64,000 nt of DNA from a virus, in IMG/VR virus record IMGVR_UViG_3300024346_010589, positions 1 to 64,000 of that record; one strand, given 5' to 3'. The notes beneath the pieces are model-generated. The model searched no databases. It was not told the origin of the DNA and saw only the letters and a list, made by a program, of their open reading frames with translations. The position numbers and the translations under genes are program-made. Position 1 is the first letter of the stretch. Every line of letters starts with the position of its first letter. Below are positions 27,183-37,513 of the stretch, piece after piece.

Positions 27183-29622
27183 TCTTCATCGCTTCAATAC
27201 TGCAGGCGGTTTGAGAGCTAGAAGAATTTGAATCTTCGGAGGTCGACTTCTCTACCTTACTGGCGGCCCTATTCCTTAAATAGTACGTTGTCTTTAGTCC
27301 TGATTTCCAGCACTCCATATAAATGTCATTTAAGTACTTCAAGGACGTTGAGTTGTTGTATAAATTAAAGCTAATTGCTTGGTCGAGCCATTTTTGCCTA
27401 GCTGCGTTGCATTCTATTAACTTGAACATATCCCTGTCAAAGGCGGTTTTGTATTTTTCCTTTATCCACTGTGGGATATCGCCATTAAGTAAAGAAAGAT
27501 CTCCATCAACATCCTTGACTAGCTTTGCCACCTCGGGACTCCACAAGCCTTCGTCTTTCATGTCATCAATAAAATGCTGGTTAGTGATAAAGAAGTTGCC
27601 GCTTTTATTTTCATAAACAAAGAGTACGGAAAAGTTGGGCTCAATGCTTTGCTCTACTCCGTTAATATAACCTATGGTTGCAGTTGGCGCAATAGCCATA
27701 ACATTAGAGTTTCTCATACCGAATTCAGAAACATGTCGCCTTGAGATCTCCCACTCGTCTTTCTTGGTTTCACCATTACCAGATGGCGTTTGGCCCTTGT
27801 AGGACATTAGGTTATTGTAGGAATCAATTGGGAAAATATTTTGACTCCATAGTGAGCCTTCATAAGTTTCATAGGATCCTCTTTCCTTAGCCAGTATGGA
27901 GCTAGCGTATATGGATTGGCAAGAATAAAACTCAAACAATTCATCATTGAATTTAATAGATTCATCGCTATCAATATTAATATTTAATTTATGAAGCACG
28001 TCGTGTATCGCCATCATGCCTAGACCTATAGGGCGATTTTTCAGATTTGAGTTAGCAGCTTCCTTTGTTGGATAAAAGTTGATATCAATAACATTATCAA
28101 GCATTCTTACAGCTGTATGTATTGTTGATTTCAGTTTATCGTAATTAACAAAATAACCAGACTTGCCGTGCGTGGACTTCTCCTCCACATGGTTGAGTAG
28201 ATTTATTGATCCTAAGTTGCATACAGCAGTCTCTCCAATTTCAGTCTTCTCGCCGGATTTATATTTAGAGGCTTTAGTGTGGAGTGTTATTTCTGTGCAT
28301 AGATTACTACTATGGACAACTCCTTCATGCTGATTGGTGTATCTTATATTGCACGGATCCTTGAAGGTACACCAAGGATGTGATGTCTCAAATAATACCT
28401 TGAGCATTTTTTTCCACAACTCTTTTGCTGGGGTTTTTCTGAAGTTTTTAACATTTCCGTCTTCTGCTGATTGGCACATTGCGTTATACTTATTGTCAAA
28501 GTCTTCGCCGAAGGAATCATGTAGACTTACTTCACTATCAATGAGCTTTTCGTTTGGGTCAAAGAAATACCAATCTTCATTAGCTTCAACTTTCCTCATA
28601 AAGATATCTGGAATCCATGAAGCAGTATTCATATCGTGACACCTAAGTCTATCGTCACCAGTATTTCTTCTTAAGTTTAAGAAGTCCTCAAAGTCTAAAT
28701 GCCAAGGTTCTAGGTATGCGCAACCTGCACCTGGGCGCTTTCCGCCTTGGTTTACGGCAACCAGCAAGTCGTTGTAAATTTTCAACCATGGAATTAAACC
28801 TCCAGAAGTTCCATTTGTTCCCTTGATGTGGGAGCCTGAAGACCTAAATGGAGTTACATCAAAACCTAAACCACCAGCAAACTTGGATTTTCTAGCTTCT
28901 TGCCAGGCCCCATCAAATATACCATCAATACTATCATCAAAAGTATTAAGGTAACAAGAGCTAAGCTGTGAGTGTGTTGTACCGCTGTTGAATAGTGTGG
29001 GAGTAGAGGCTGTGTATAAAAATTGACTGAACAGATTGTAGAACTCTATTGCTTTTTCGTTTTTATCTTCTTCGTTGATGGCTAGACCCATTGCAACTCT
29101 CATCCAGAAAGCTTGAGGAGTTTCCATTATTTTCTTTTCACTTCTTATGAAGTAACGATCAAATAGTATCTGGATTCCTAAGTATTTAAACTTCTTGTCT
29201 CTGTCTATCTTTAGCGCCTCTGAGAGTTTAGCAAAATCAAATCCAAGTAATCTTTCGTCTAGCATTTCCTGCTTTACTAATTTTTTAATGTTCTGTATGA
29301 AGCTTTTTCTATATTGTGACTGGAAAGCTTCTGAGTCAACCCCCTCTTTGAATACTTCTTTGTATAAGCAGTTTAATAGTAAACCTGCAGCAGCGTAAGA
29401 ATAGTTTGGCTCTTTTTCTATTTTTTCTCTAGCAGATAAAACCAAAGCTTTGTCTATTTCGATAGTAGTTATTTTATCAAATAATTGCAACTGTGCATCT
29501 AGTACTATCTCGCTTGGAGAAACGTTGTCTATGTCACTGCACGCTCTTAATGCGCTGGCGTTTATTTTATCTACTTCAAATTCTTCTAGGCGGCCGTTTC
29601 TTTTCTTAACTTTAATATTCAT
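27154..29622 (-). CDS. nrdA: ribonucleotide reductase alpha subunit (class I) with ATP cone
   Basis: VKKRNG ATP cone, STPTLFNSG, LSSCYL, SSNLCTEI, AIAPTATI, KTTYYLR, C-terminal CESCQ. Confidence 0.95.
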   Translation of the reverse strand: MNIKVKKRNGRLEEFEVDKINASALRACSDIDNVSPSEIVLDAQLQLFDKITTIEIDKALVLSAREKIEKEPNYSYAAAGLLLNCLYKEVFKEGVDSEAFQSQYRKSFIQNIKKLVKQEMLDERLLGFDFAKLSEALKIDRDKKFKYLGIQILFDRYFIRSEKKIMETPQAFWMRVAMGLAINEEDKNEKAIEFYNLFSQFLYTASTPTLFNSGTTHSQLSSCYLNTFDDSIDGIFDGAWQEARKSKFAGGLGFDVTPFRSSGSHIKGTNGTSGGLIPWLKIYNDLLVAVNQGGKRPGAGCAYLEPWHLDFEDFLNLRRNTGDDRLRCHDMNTASWIPDIFMRKVEANEDWYFFDPNEKLIDSEVSLHDSFGEDFDNKYNAMCQSAEDGNVKNFRKTPAKELWKKMLKVLFETSHPWCTFKDPCNIRYTNQHEGVVHSSNLCTEITLHTKASKYKSGEKTEIGETAVCNLGSINLLNHVEEKSTHGKSGYFVNYDKLKSTIHTAVRMLDNVIDINFYPTKEAANSNLKNRPIGLGMMAIHDVLHKLNINIDSDESIKFNDELFEFYSCQSIYASSILAKERGSYETYEGSLWSQNIFPIDSYNNLMSYKGQTPSGNGETKKDEWEISRRHVSEFGMRNSNVMAIAPTATIGYINGVEQSIEPNFSVLFVYENKSGNFFITNQHFIDDMKDEGLWSPEVAKLVKDVDGDLSLLNGDIPQWIKEKYKTAFDRDMFKLIECNAARQKWLDQAISFNLYNNSTSLKYLNDIYMECWKSGLKTTYYLRNRAASKVEKSTSEDSNSSSSQTACSIEAMKNGGECESCQ

Positions 29623-29633
29623 GAAATTGTTTT

Positions 29634-29638
29634 TACAC
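29634..29638 (-). promoter_or_regulatory. GTGTA motif, 11 nt before the nrdA ATG
   Basis: GTGTAAAAACAATTTCATG. Confidence 0.55.
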
Positions 29639-29687
29639 TAAGGGGTTGTGTTGTTTTATAAAAAATGTAAGTTTTGCTAAAGAAAAC

Positions 29688-29716
29688 ATACTAACATAAA
29701 AAAACGTGTAGATCAA
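29688..29716 (-). promoter_or_regulatory. sigma70-type promoter TTGATC-17-TAGTAT upstream of nrdA
   Basis: Read on - strand, 17 nt spacer, TG extension. Confidence 0.5.
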
Positions 29717-29794
29717 GTAAAAACGAAAATAATTTATTAACAATAAGAGAACCAAGGATGAATGTGGGAATCCCTAGTGTGCTTATTGTTAAAT

Positions 29795-30652
29795 TTATGA
29801 ATCGCTATTGTCTACGGCAGAAGTTGAGTTTCCCCAGTCCAGGTCTTTTCTTACGTCTAGATTAACTGACCATGCTGATTTTAAAAGTTTCGCATCTAAC
29901 CCATTTTTCTCAAAGGTGGATATTAATGCATTAATGTCTTTTGGAAAGCATGTGCCGCCAAAACCTTTGTCTCCGTCGTGACCGGGAACTTGATAGTGGG
30001 ACTCACCTATTCTTTTGTCGCTAATAACTCCATTAATAATAGAGTCCCAATCTAATCCAAGTTTATCAATCAGCAAGTGTATCTCATTGAAAAAACTAAC
30101 CTTGGTAGCAAAGAAACAATTAGCGATATACTTTACAGATTCAGACTCAACGCTTTTCATTATAAGGCATGGCACATCAGGGAAATTGTATTTGAATAAG
30201 CCAGCAGCTTCCTGTGCGACGTGCTGGTATTTAGTGTAGCCTATTATGTGCCTATCTGCATTAATGAAATCTTCTTTTGCTAATTTAGCGGTAAGAAATT
30301 CTGGGGAATGGATTATATGTAATTCCGGATGCGCTTCCTGTAGGCTGTCGGTTGTCCCAATTGGAACAGTTGATTTTATTATGAAGGTGGCGTTAGATCC
30401 AATAGATTTAATTTCGCTAAAGCAGGATTCTATAATTGATAGATTGCAGTCATCTCCCATAACATCCCTCATTGGTGTTGGGACGCATATGAAAACAAAG
30501 TCCTGAAGTATTACATCTCTAAGCGAGTGAGTCGAGGAGTTTGGATTTTTATCATACACCTTTACTTCTTCGGACGAAAATCCGTTGGCGACTGCAGAAC
30601 CAACGAAGCCATTCCCTATAACTCCGATTTTAATTTGGTCTGTTCTTTTCAA
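29795..30652 (-). CDS. ugd: UDP-glucose/GDP-mannose 6-dehydrogenase (short form, no C-terminal domain)
   Basis: GNGFVG, CVPTP, IKSTVPIGT, SPEFL, GFGGTCFPKD. Confidence 0.85.
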   Translation of the reverse strand: MKRTDQIKIGVIGNGFVGSAVANGFSSEEVKVYDKNPNSSTHSLRDVILQDFVFICVPTPMRDVMGDDCNLSIIESCFSEIKSIGSNATFIIKSTVPIGTTDSLQEAHPELHIIHSPEFLTAKLAKEDFINADRHIIGYTKYQHVAQEAAGLFKYNFPDVPCLIMKSVESESVKYIANCFFATKVSFFNEIHLLIDKLGLDWDSIINGVISDKRIGESHYQVPGHDGDKGFGGTCFPKDINALISTFEKNGLDAKLLKSAWSVNLDVRKDLDWGNSTSAVDNSDS

Positions 30653-31541
30653 TCCAATCTTCTATTTTACGAGATGGATTCCATCCGAGCATAGTTTTAG
30701 CCTTAGTGTTGTCTGCAAGAGTTTCTCTTGACTCTCCTGGTCTTGCCGGGATATGAACGTGCTCACCTCCAGTTAATTTAACCAAGTCTAAGACTGAATG
30801 ATTTGTGCCAGTTCCGAGGTTGAAAAGCTCTCCCACGATTTTCTTGTCATGCGATTCTCCAGCCAGAAACATCGCCTCGACTATGTCTTTGACATGAGTG
30901 TAGTCTCTAGTTTGAAGGCCATCTCCGACAACAGTCATTGCTTCGCCCGATTCTTTTTGCCTAAAGAATAAGCCGACAACTGGCGCGTAATCTCCAGCTA
31001 AAGGCTGACGCTCGCCATAGACGTTAAAGAATCTAAATAGAACAGTTTGTAGCCCAAAAAGTTTTGTATACATTTTGCAAAGCTCTTCACAGTTAGACTT
31101 GCTTACAGAATATGGGTTTAAGCAATCATTCGGCATATCCTCTCTTAGGGGAATTGGGTTTTTGAGCCCATAGCAAGAAGATGTTCCTGCGAACATTACT
31201 TTTTTGCAATCATTTAATCTTGCGGCCTGAAGAACGTTGCAGGTTCCTAGTGAGTTGTTCTTGACAGCATCAGCTGGATCCTGTACGCAAATTTGTATCC
31301 TGGACCTAGCAGCTAAATGAAAAACCAAGTCAACACCCTTGAAGAGTGGATTAAGTTTCTCAAAATCACAGATATCTACTTTGTGGTTTTCGCAATCATC
31401 TCTCCATGTGAAATTAGAATTTGCTGTGGAGGATTCATCATCAACCACGATAACATCGTGTCCGGCTTTAAGTAATCTTTCAACAAGATGGCCGCCAATA
31501 AATCCGGCACCACCTGTAACTAAACATTTTTTCTTTGACAT
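30630..31541 (-). CDS. NAD-dependent sugar epimerase/dehydratase (UDP-Glc/GlcNAc 4-epimerase-like)
   Basis: TGGAGFIG, HLAA, YSVSK, RFFNVYG, GDGLQTRDY. Confidence 0.85.
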   Translation of the reverse strand: MSKKKCLVTGGAGFIGGHLVERLLKAGHDVIVVDDESSTANSNFTWRDDCENHKVDICDFEKLNPLFKGVDLVFHLAARSRIQICVQDPADAVKNNSLGTCNVLQAARLNDCKKVMFAGTSSCYGLKNPIPLREDMPNDCLNPYSVSKSNCEELCKMYTKLFGLQTVLFRFFNVYGERQPLAGDYAPVVGLFFRQKESGEAMTVVGDGLQTRDYTHVKDIVEAMFLAGESHDKKIVGELFNLGTGTNHSVLDLVKLTGGEHVHIPARPGESRETLADNTKAKTMLGWNPSRKIEDWIEKNRPN

Positions 31542-31549
31542 AATTAATG

Positions 31550-32515
31550 TTACACTTGATCGCAGTCAATATTTAAATTTTCTAGATACCATTTGTATGT
31601 TTTAACTATCCCATCCTTTAATGTGACTTTTGGCGAAAATCCTTTTGATTTAATTCTTGTGTTGTCCATTTTTTTTCTAAAAGTTCCGTCCGGCTTAGAG
31701 CTGTCAAATACTATTTCTCCATCATAGCCGATTGCGTCTTTGATCAAATGCACTAATTCTAATATCGTAACCTCGTGTTCTGATCCACAATTTATATGGG
31801 AAACGCCATCGCTATATATGTCCTCTGCGTTTATGTTCTCCATGCAATGGATAACGCCATCAGCCAAATCTTCGACATATAAAAATTCACGTAGGGGCTT
31901 GCCAGATCCCCATACTTCTATTGATTTATCGCCTTTTTCTTTTGCGCAATGTATTTTGTTTATTAAAGCAGGCAGGACATGCGAACTCTTTAGATCAAAA
32001 TTATCCCTAGGGCCGTATAGATTGCACGGCATTACCGAGTAAAAGTTGCAACCATATTGATCGTAGAAGCTTTCGCACATTTTGAGCGCCGCTATTTTAG
32101 CTATAGCATAGGGCTCATTGGTATGTTCGAGTGGACCGGTTAACAAGTATTCTTCTTTAATTGGTATGTCTGCATGCTTTGGATATATGCATGAAGAACC
32201 TAAGTTGATTAACTTCCTGACTCCGAACTTTTGCGCAGCCTTTATTATTGTTGATGAAATTTGTAAATTATCATAAAGGAAGTCTGCTCTGTATGTATTG
32301 TTGGCCAGAATTCCGCCAACTTTAGCCGCGCAAAGAATTACTGTGTCAATTTTTTCATCCCTAAAGAAGTCCAAAACCTTATGTTTATTCATTAGGTTCA
32401 TCTCTTGCCTGGTTCTTGTTACAATATTGGAATAGTTTGAGCGTTGAAGCTTGCCAAGTATAGAAGAACCGACCATTCCGCGATGGCCAGCTATGAATAT
32501 TTTTTCTTGCTTCAC
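31550..32515 (-). CDS. fcl: GDP-L-fucose synthase
   Basis: AGHRGMVGS, AAKVGGILAN, LGSSCIYP, YAIAKIA, SSHVLPALI, REFLYVEDLA, KPDGT. Confidence 0.92.
   Translation of the reverse strand: MKQEKIFIAGHRGMVGSSILGKLQRSNYSNIVTRTRQEMNLMNKHKVLDFFRDEKIDTVILCAAKVGGILANNTYRADFLYDNLQISSTIIKAAQKFGVRKLINLGSSCIYPKHADIPIKEEYLLTGPLEHTNEPYAIAKIAALKMCESFYDQYGCNFYSVMPCNLYGPRDNFDLKSSHVLPALINKIHCAKEKGDKSIEVWGSGKPLREFLYVEDLADGVIHCMENINAEDIYSDGVSHINCGSEHEVTILELVHLIKDAIGYDGEIVFDSSKPDGTFRKKMDNTRIKSKGFSPKVTLKDGIVKTYKWYLENLNIDCDQV
31551..31555 (-). promoter_or_regulatory. GTGTA motif, 9 nt before ATG 31541
   Basis: GTGTAACATTAATTATG. Confidence 0.6.
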
Positions 32516-33543
32516 TTAGACAATAACGAATAATCGTTATGGTACATCTTAGAGACAAGCCCAAAGAAGTCTACTTTCCTGACCCAGCCAAGTTCCTTTT
32601 CAGCAAGAGAGCAGTCTCCGCAAAGCTTGTGGACTTCAGCTGGCCTGTAGTATTTTGAGCTAACCTCAAAGAATAACTTACCCTTTTTTGTGTAAAATTT
32701 TTCATTATCATCTTGGCCCTCAGAGTAGAAATCTATTTCTGCGAACTCTAAAGTCTTGGTTAGGAATTCTCTTACAGTGTGCATTTCCCCGCTACCCAAT
32801 ACGTAATTCTTAGGCTTGTCTTGGTTGAGCATGATCCACACTCCAGACATAAAATCTTCGGCATCACTCCAGTCTCTCTTGGCGTCAAGGTTGCCTAGTT
32901 GAAGAATAGGTATATCTTTTCCATTTTCTAGAGCAATTTTAATTTTTGCTATACTGTGGCTGATTTTTCTGGTTACAAAGTCAAGGCCTCGACGAGTGCC
33001 TTCATGATTAAATAGCCAACCCTGTACTGCGTATAAATTGTAAGACTCCCTGTAGACCCTGACAATGTGCCTGGCCGCGCACTTGGCGGCACCATAGGGA
33101 GATTGTGGTCTTAGTGGGTGGTTCTCATCTTGAGGAACACACACTACATCTCCGAATTCTTCAGATGATCCAGCATTATAAAATCTGCATTCCGGAGCAA
33201 ATCTTCTTATGGATTCCATGATATGCAGAACCGCATCAGCATCAGTATCCCATGTCTGGATTGGGTAATCCCAGCTTCCAGCTACGAAAGATTGAGCTGC
33301 AAAATTAATAAAATAGTCTGGCTTAATGTCTAGTATTACATCCCGAATGCTGTGCGCATCATTGAGGTCCATATTGATTAGCTCAAATCTAGGATTGTCT
33401 TCTAGGTGCAAGATATTCTCGTGGTTTTTAACGCTCAGCCTACGTACCGAACCATAAATTTTATGATCAGTGTTCTTTAATAAATAGTCAGCCATGTGAC
33501 TTCCGTCTTGACCTGTTACTCCTGTTATAATTATTTTTTTCAT
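32512..33543 (-). CDS. gmd: GDP-mannose 4,6-dehydratase
   Basis: TGVTGQDGS, AAQSFV, SPYGAAK, FNHEG.RRG..FVTRKI, GNLDAKRDW. Confidence 0.92.
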   Translation of the reverse strand: MKKIIITGVTGQDGSHMADYLLKNTDHKIYGSVRRLSVKNHENILHLEDNPRFELINMDLNDAHSIRDVILDIKPDYFINFAAQSFVAGSWDYPIQTWDTDADAVLHIMESIRRFAPECRFYNAGSSEEFGDVVCVPQDENHPLRPQSPYGAAKCAARHIVRVYRESYNLYAVQGWLFNHEGTRRGLDFVTRKISHSIAKIKIALENGKDIPILQLGNLDAKRDWSDAEDFMSGVWIMLNQDKPKNYVLGSGEMHTVREFLTKTLEFAEIDFYSEGQDDNEKFYTKKGKLFFEVSSKYYRPAEVHKLCGDCSLAEKELGWVRKVDFFGLVSKMYHNDYSLLSK

Positions 33544-33546
33544 AAA

Positions 33547-33855
33547 TTAATATGTTTTGTGCTTTCTTTGTATGAATTTTACTGAATCTAATTCTTCTCC
33601 CGCCATATACGAATGAATTATTTCAATGATTTTTTCGTCAACTTCATCTATTAGCTGATTTCTTTGAACATTCAGGTCGCAGCACTTCTTTAAAGATTGC
33701 CATAAGTTCTCTGCGCCTTCTTTATTGTCGAAGTATTTTTCCTTGTACTCATCAAAGGACATGCGCCTAATTTCATAAAGTAATTCTTGGTTATTCCACA
33801 TTTTTAAATCAACCGTGGAGAGTTTATCTATTAATGATCCTAGTGTATCTGACAT
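33547..33855 (-). CDS. DUF4254/DUF6165-like helical protein
   Basis: TLGSLIDKLS..DLK.W...LN.QRN.LI.E.D pattern. Confidence 0.5.
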   Translation of the reverse strand: MSDTLGSLIDKLSTVDLKMWNNQELLYEIRRMSFDEYKEKYFDNKEGAENLWQSLKKCCDLNVQRNQLIDEVDEKIIEIIHSYMAGEELDSVKFIQRKHKTY

Positions 33856-33871
33856 AGTTGTTGTTGAGTTA

Positions 33872-34984
33872 TTAGATTAAATCGTTTTTATCTGCCCAGT
33901 TTTGGAAAACTAAAGAATTGTATGCAATAATTCTATCACAAATTTCATCAATCTCTTCGTTTTTTAAAAAAATATGAGAAGGGAATACGGCAATTTGATT
34001 TTGCAATATATCTGAATTAGTGTGGGAACCCTTTAGGGATAAGTGTGTGTGTTTATCGTAAGAATAAAACATAGGTCTAGTCTCAATATTGTTAGATTTA
34101 AAAAAATGACTAGATTTAGCAAATGATTTAGCGCAATGAAACCTAACCCCAATCATCCACATTGAATGATCGCAGCCATCTTCCGCCGATTGCAGCGATA
34201 GGAAGGTTTGATTTTTTAAGTTTTGCGAATAACGATCAAATACCCTTTTCTTTTCGCTATATATGTATTCATATTCTTCTAGTTGGCCTAGTAGTAAACC
34301 AGCTTGAATGTTGGTCATTCTGTAGTTATAGCCTAATTCGTCATGGATGTATCTGGTTGATGTTTGGCCTTGACCATGAATCTTGAGGGCAAATTCATAA
34401 ACATCCTTCTCGTTAGTTAAGAATGCTCCTCCTTCTCCGCTAGTTATATTTTTATTTCCAAAAAACGAAAGAGACGAGCAAAAACTCTTTGATCCAGAAG
34501 GGTTACCTTCATATTTACCAAAAAAACCTTCGCAATTATCTTCAATAATCGGAGAATTGTGATTTTTTAATAACTTTGGAACATTTATAATCCCCCCGAG
34601 ATTATGAACGGCCATGATTGCTGAATTTTTATTTAATTTTATTTTATCAATTGACATATTCCATGTGTCAATGTCTAGGTCGATGGCAACAATGTTTTTG
34701 TAACCTTCATAGATTAAAGAATTGTATGCTGCGATATAACAAGCGCTTGGAACTAAAACCTCATCAATATTTGGGAAAAATTTCTTTAAAGATATAGCGG
34801 TAAGGTGAGTAGCTGAGGTTCCACTGTTTACAGGGAGTGCATATTTTACTCCAAGTTTTTCGCCTAAAAGTCTTGAGCTTTTTTCTGGATAATCACCTAG
34901 GGAAGAAATCCAACCGCTATCAATAGCTTCTTTGGCGTACTCTAAGCTTTTCCTGGGTAGATAGGGCTCGTAGATTTTATGCAT
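33872..34984 (-). CDS. DegT/DnrJ PLP aminotransferase, GDP-perosamine synthase-like
   Basis: GWISSLG, NSGTSA.HL, IEDNCE, SFFGNKNITSGEGG, GYNYRMTNIQA, ETRPMF. Confidence 0.85.
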   Translation of the reverse strand: MHKIYEPYLPRKSLEYAKEAIDSGWISSLGDYPEKSSRLLGEKLGVKYALPVNSGTSATHLTAISLKKFFPNIDEVLVPSACYIAAYNSLIYEGYKNIVAIDLDIDTWNMSIDKIKLNKNSAIMAVHNLGGIINVPKLLKNHNSPIIEDNCEGFFGKYEGNPSGSKSFCSSLSFFGNKNITSGEGGAFLTNEKDVYEFALKIHGQGQTSTRYIHDELGYNYRMTNIQAGLLLGQLEEYEYIYSEKKRVFDRYSQNLKNQTFLSLQSAEDGCDHSMWMIGVRFHCAKSFAKSSHFFKSNNIETRPMFYSYDKHTHLSLKGSHTNSDILQNQIAVFPSHIFLKNEEIDEICDRIIAYNSLVFQNWADKNDLI

Positions 34985-35393
34985 AACTTTTCTTCATATA
35001 AATAATAATAGAATTAGATTTAATAATTTCAAATCCAAATTTTAAATATAATTTTTGCCCCGCTATATTAGCTGTGTCAACCGATAGATATATATCCTCA
35101 GATGAATCTTCTAGGAGTTCTCTCATTATTTTTTTTCCAAAACCCTTTCCGGTGAAATCTTTAAGTAATGCAATTCCTAACCATATTTTTTTATCAGATC
35201 GGTCTCTGTCTAAATGACCGTAACCTATGGGCTTCGAGTGATCAACCAATAAAATGGTTTTCTCATGATTTGGTAAGCAAGAATCTAAATCCCTAGACTC
35301 AAAGTAACGAAACGTGTTAGAAGAAGCACCCAGTTTGGATATAAAAATTTTTAATAAAGAAGTGTCCCTGGTGTCTACATGCGTGAAGTTCAT
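34977..35393 (-). CDS. GNAT N-acetyltransferase
   Basis: GKGFGK acetyl-CoA loop, LSVD..N..G..LYLKFGF. Confidence 0.8.
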   Translation of the reverse strand: MNFTHVDTRDTSLLKIFISKLGASSNTFRYFESRDLDSCLPNHEKTILLVDHSKPIGYGHLDRDRSDKKIWLGIALLKDFTGKGFGKKIMRELLEDSSEDIYLSVDTANIAGQKLYLKFGFEIIKSNSIIIYMKKSYA

Positions 35394-35399
35394 AAAAAA

Positions 35400-36368
35400 T
35401 CATAGAGAATTTAACGCTTGCCCTATTTTTAATAAAAAAGAAGATTTATTGTCGTAAATTAATGTGGGGTTTTTTGCGTTAAAAAATGGATGATCCGACC
35501 CAAGGTCCACAAAAGTATGTGTGGTAGTTTTAGCGTAAGAGTTCATAACCACATTACCACCTATACCGAAAGCTATACAAAGACTGGAGCGCGATGATAG
35601 AAAAGAGTCAATGGCTAAGTTGTTTAAGGTAAACCCAGCACTAGTGAAGTCAACTAGCGATTCTGCTGGTATTAAACTTCTACAAATCCCGTATATAGAA
35701 CTAAAGTTACACATATCAGTCCTTTCACCAACGAGGCAAACTTTATAGTTAGAAGAACCTATCACGCCAAACAATAAACTATGTAGAAATTGTTTATCCG
35801 GGGGGTTTAGGCTTCTGTTCCTGGTGTGGATGCAGATATATTTAGTTTTAGAGAAGTGAGCCATCTCTGTGGTTATATTAATCCCTTCGAATAATTCATT
35901 TGATAAGTTTTGATGAGGTAGGTCGGGAAAAACTTGTGAGGCTAAAACGTCCTGGGTTCCGGCAAAACCCTGAAAGTACAATTCATCACCAAAAAAATTA
36001 CCTCCTATTGGTCCATTGGGGTTTAATGCCAAAGATATAAAGATATTCGCGTCAGATGGAAATATTTTTTTAATAAAAGGGACCAAGACGGAGTTAAGAT
36101 AATCAGGTATCTGTTGACATCTTTGTTCAAATGGTCGTTTTAAAAAACGTAGATGCAAGAATTTTTTCCCACCTATGAATAGGGGGGTATCGCCGCCACC
36201 GACAAAACTAGCCCAATGCTCGCATTTTTTAAGTGGGTTAGATTTATGTGTTGGCATCACGTAATCTCTTAAGATTAATAGATCCCCTATTCCGCATCTA
36301 GAAAAAATAGATAAAGTTTCGTGAGCATATGTCTGTAGTGATGCTAGGTCTTGGGTTATGCAAATCAT
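35400..36368 (-). CDS. hypothetical, GT9/GT-B-like
   Basis: GIGDLL near N-terminus, YICIHTR, LVGER, GIGG. Confidence 0.45.
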   Translation of the reverse strand: MICITQDLASLQTYAHETLSIFSRCGIGDLLILRDYVMPTHKSNPLKKCEHWASFVGGGDTPLFIGGKKFLHLRFLKRPFEQRCQQIPDYLNSVLVPFIKKIFPSDANIFISLALNPNGPIGGNFFGDELYFQGFAGTQDVLASQVFPDLPHQNLSNELFEGINITTEMAHFSKTKYICIHTRNRSLNPPDKQFLHSLLFGVIGSSNYKVCLVGERTDMCNFSSIYGICRSLIPAESLVDFTSAGFTLNNLAIDSFLSSRSSLCIAFGIGGNVVMNSYAKTTTHTFVDLGSDHPFFNAKNPTLIYDNKSSFLLKIGQALNSL

Positions 36369-36381
36369 ATCAAGTTAAGAG

Positions 36382-37509
36382 CTAGAAAAAGGAACTCAAG
36401 TATTTGTGTTTTATATTAGAGATTTTATAATTATTATATAAAGATGATTGGTAAGAAGATAATTGTTTAAGCTTAACCCTACTCTTTGTTAAAAGATTCT
36501 GTAATTTTATTGATGCAGATTGATGGTCGAAGTATAGATGAGGGTGGTTTTTAAATTCAAATATAAACTCCGAATTAAAACCAATATGGTCGGTTATTCT
36601 TGTTGTTGAGCAATGAAGTATTGGTATACCTATGCAGGAAGCTTCGATTTGAGAATATTGTATTACTAAACCATTAGACACCCCTAGTAGTATTGGATGA
36701 AAATTGAACATTAGTTTACATCTTTGCATAAATGAAAACACCTCGTTAATATGACCACATTCATGTACAGATAGATTCTCTGGAACCATGCCGTTTGGAA
36801 TATTTGAGTTATCTTTTCCAACCAGAACAAACTCAATATCAGGATTGGCTTTGCATAAGGATAACAACCAGTCCCTGCAGCTTGCTAACACTTTTATGCA
36901 CGTTTGTTGTCTTGAGAAAACTCTACTACACACTATTAAAACCTTGTTGTTTGATTCATCACTACAAGCCCAAGAGTTTTCTAGTTCGCACATATCTTTA
37001 ATTGGTATATTAAGTTGAGCGAACTTATTCGTTGGTAGGTTTTTAGTGGCGATTGGAAGTAAGTGTTTGTGGCAAAAAATATACCTAGAGCTATTAGAGT
37101 TGATAAATTTAGTATTGAATTGAGCTAATCCTTCGTACCCCGTTTCTGAGGGTAAGACCCCGTCCCCCCATATTAGGAAGTATTTAGGGCAATTAAGGTC
37201 CATTAGTCTTAAGTTTAGCTTTTCTGGTACAAAAAAATAAGAAATTATAAAATCAAAGTTCATTGAAGCAATAATATTGCATATTGCGTCAGCGCCTTCT
37301 TTAGACATGTTTTTATTGAATAAATTATATCTATTAGTTAATTCTTCGTTTAAGATGGTGGAGTGTTCTCTGTAGGTTGATTCGTAATTTTTTTCTTCAT
37401 CGCTGATGAAAGGTGGAGCAAAAGTATCCACCCCGATGCTCTTAAATAAAGCACAGAAGTTAACCATTGCTTGTTGGTGGCCAAGTAGTATTAACGCCCT
37501 CTTTTTCAT
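36382..37509 (-). CDS. putative GT-B glycosyltransferase
   Basis: PDIEFVLVGK and S.IEA...GIPIL C-terminal GT-B motif. Confidence 0.5.
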   Translation of the reverse strand: MKKRALILLGHQQAMVNFCALFKSIGVDTFAPPFISDEEKNYESTYREHSTILNEELTNRYNLFNKNMSKEGADAICNIIASMNFDFIISYFFVPEKLNLRLMDLNCPKYFLIWGDGVLPSETGYEGLAQFNTKFINSNSSRYIFCHKHLLPIATKNLPTNKFAQLNIPIKDMCELENSWACSDESNNKVLIVCSRVFSRQQTCIKVLASCRDWLLSLCKANPDIEFVLVGKDNSNIPNGMVPENLSVHECGHINEVFSFMQRCKLMFNFHPILLGVSNGLVIQYSQIEASCIGIPILHCSTTRITDHIGFNSEFIFEFKNHPHLYFDHQSASIKLQNLLTKSRVKLKQLSSYQSSLYNNYKISNIKHKYLSSFF

Positions 37510-37513
37510 TGTA

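Noticed and set aside
27154-29622. Intein or intron in nrdA
   Set aside because: The ORF is contiguous, of normal length, and has no intein or homing-endonuclease motifs
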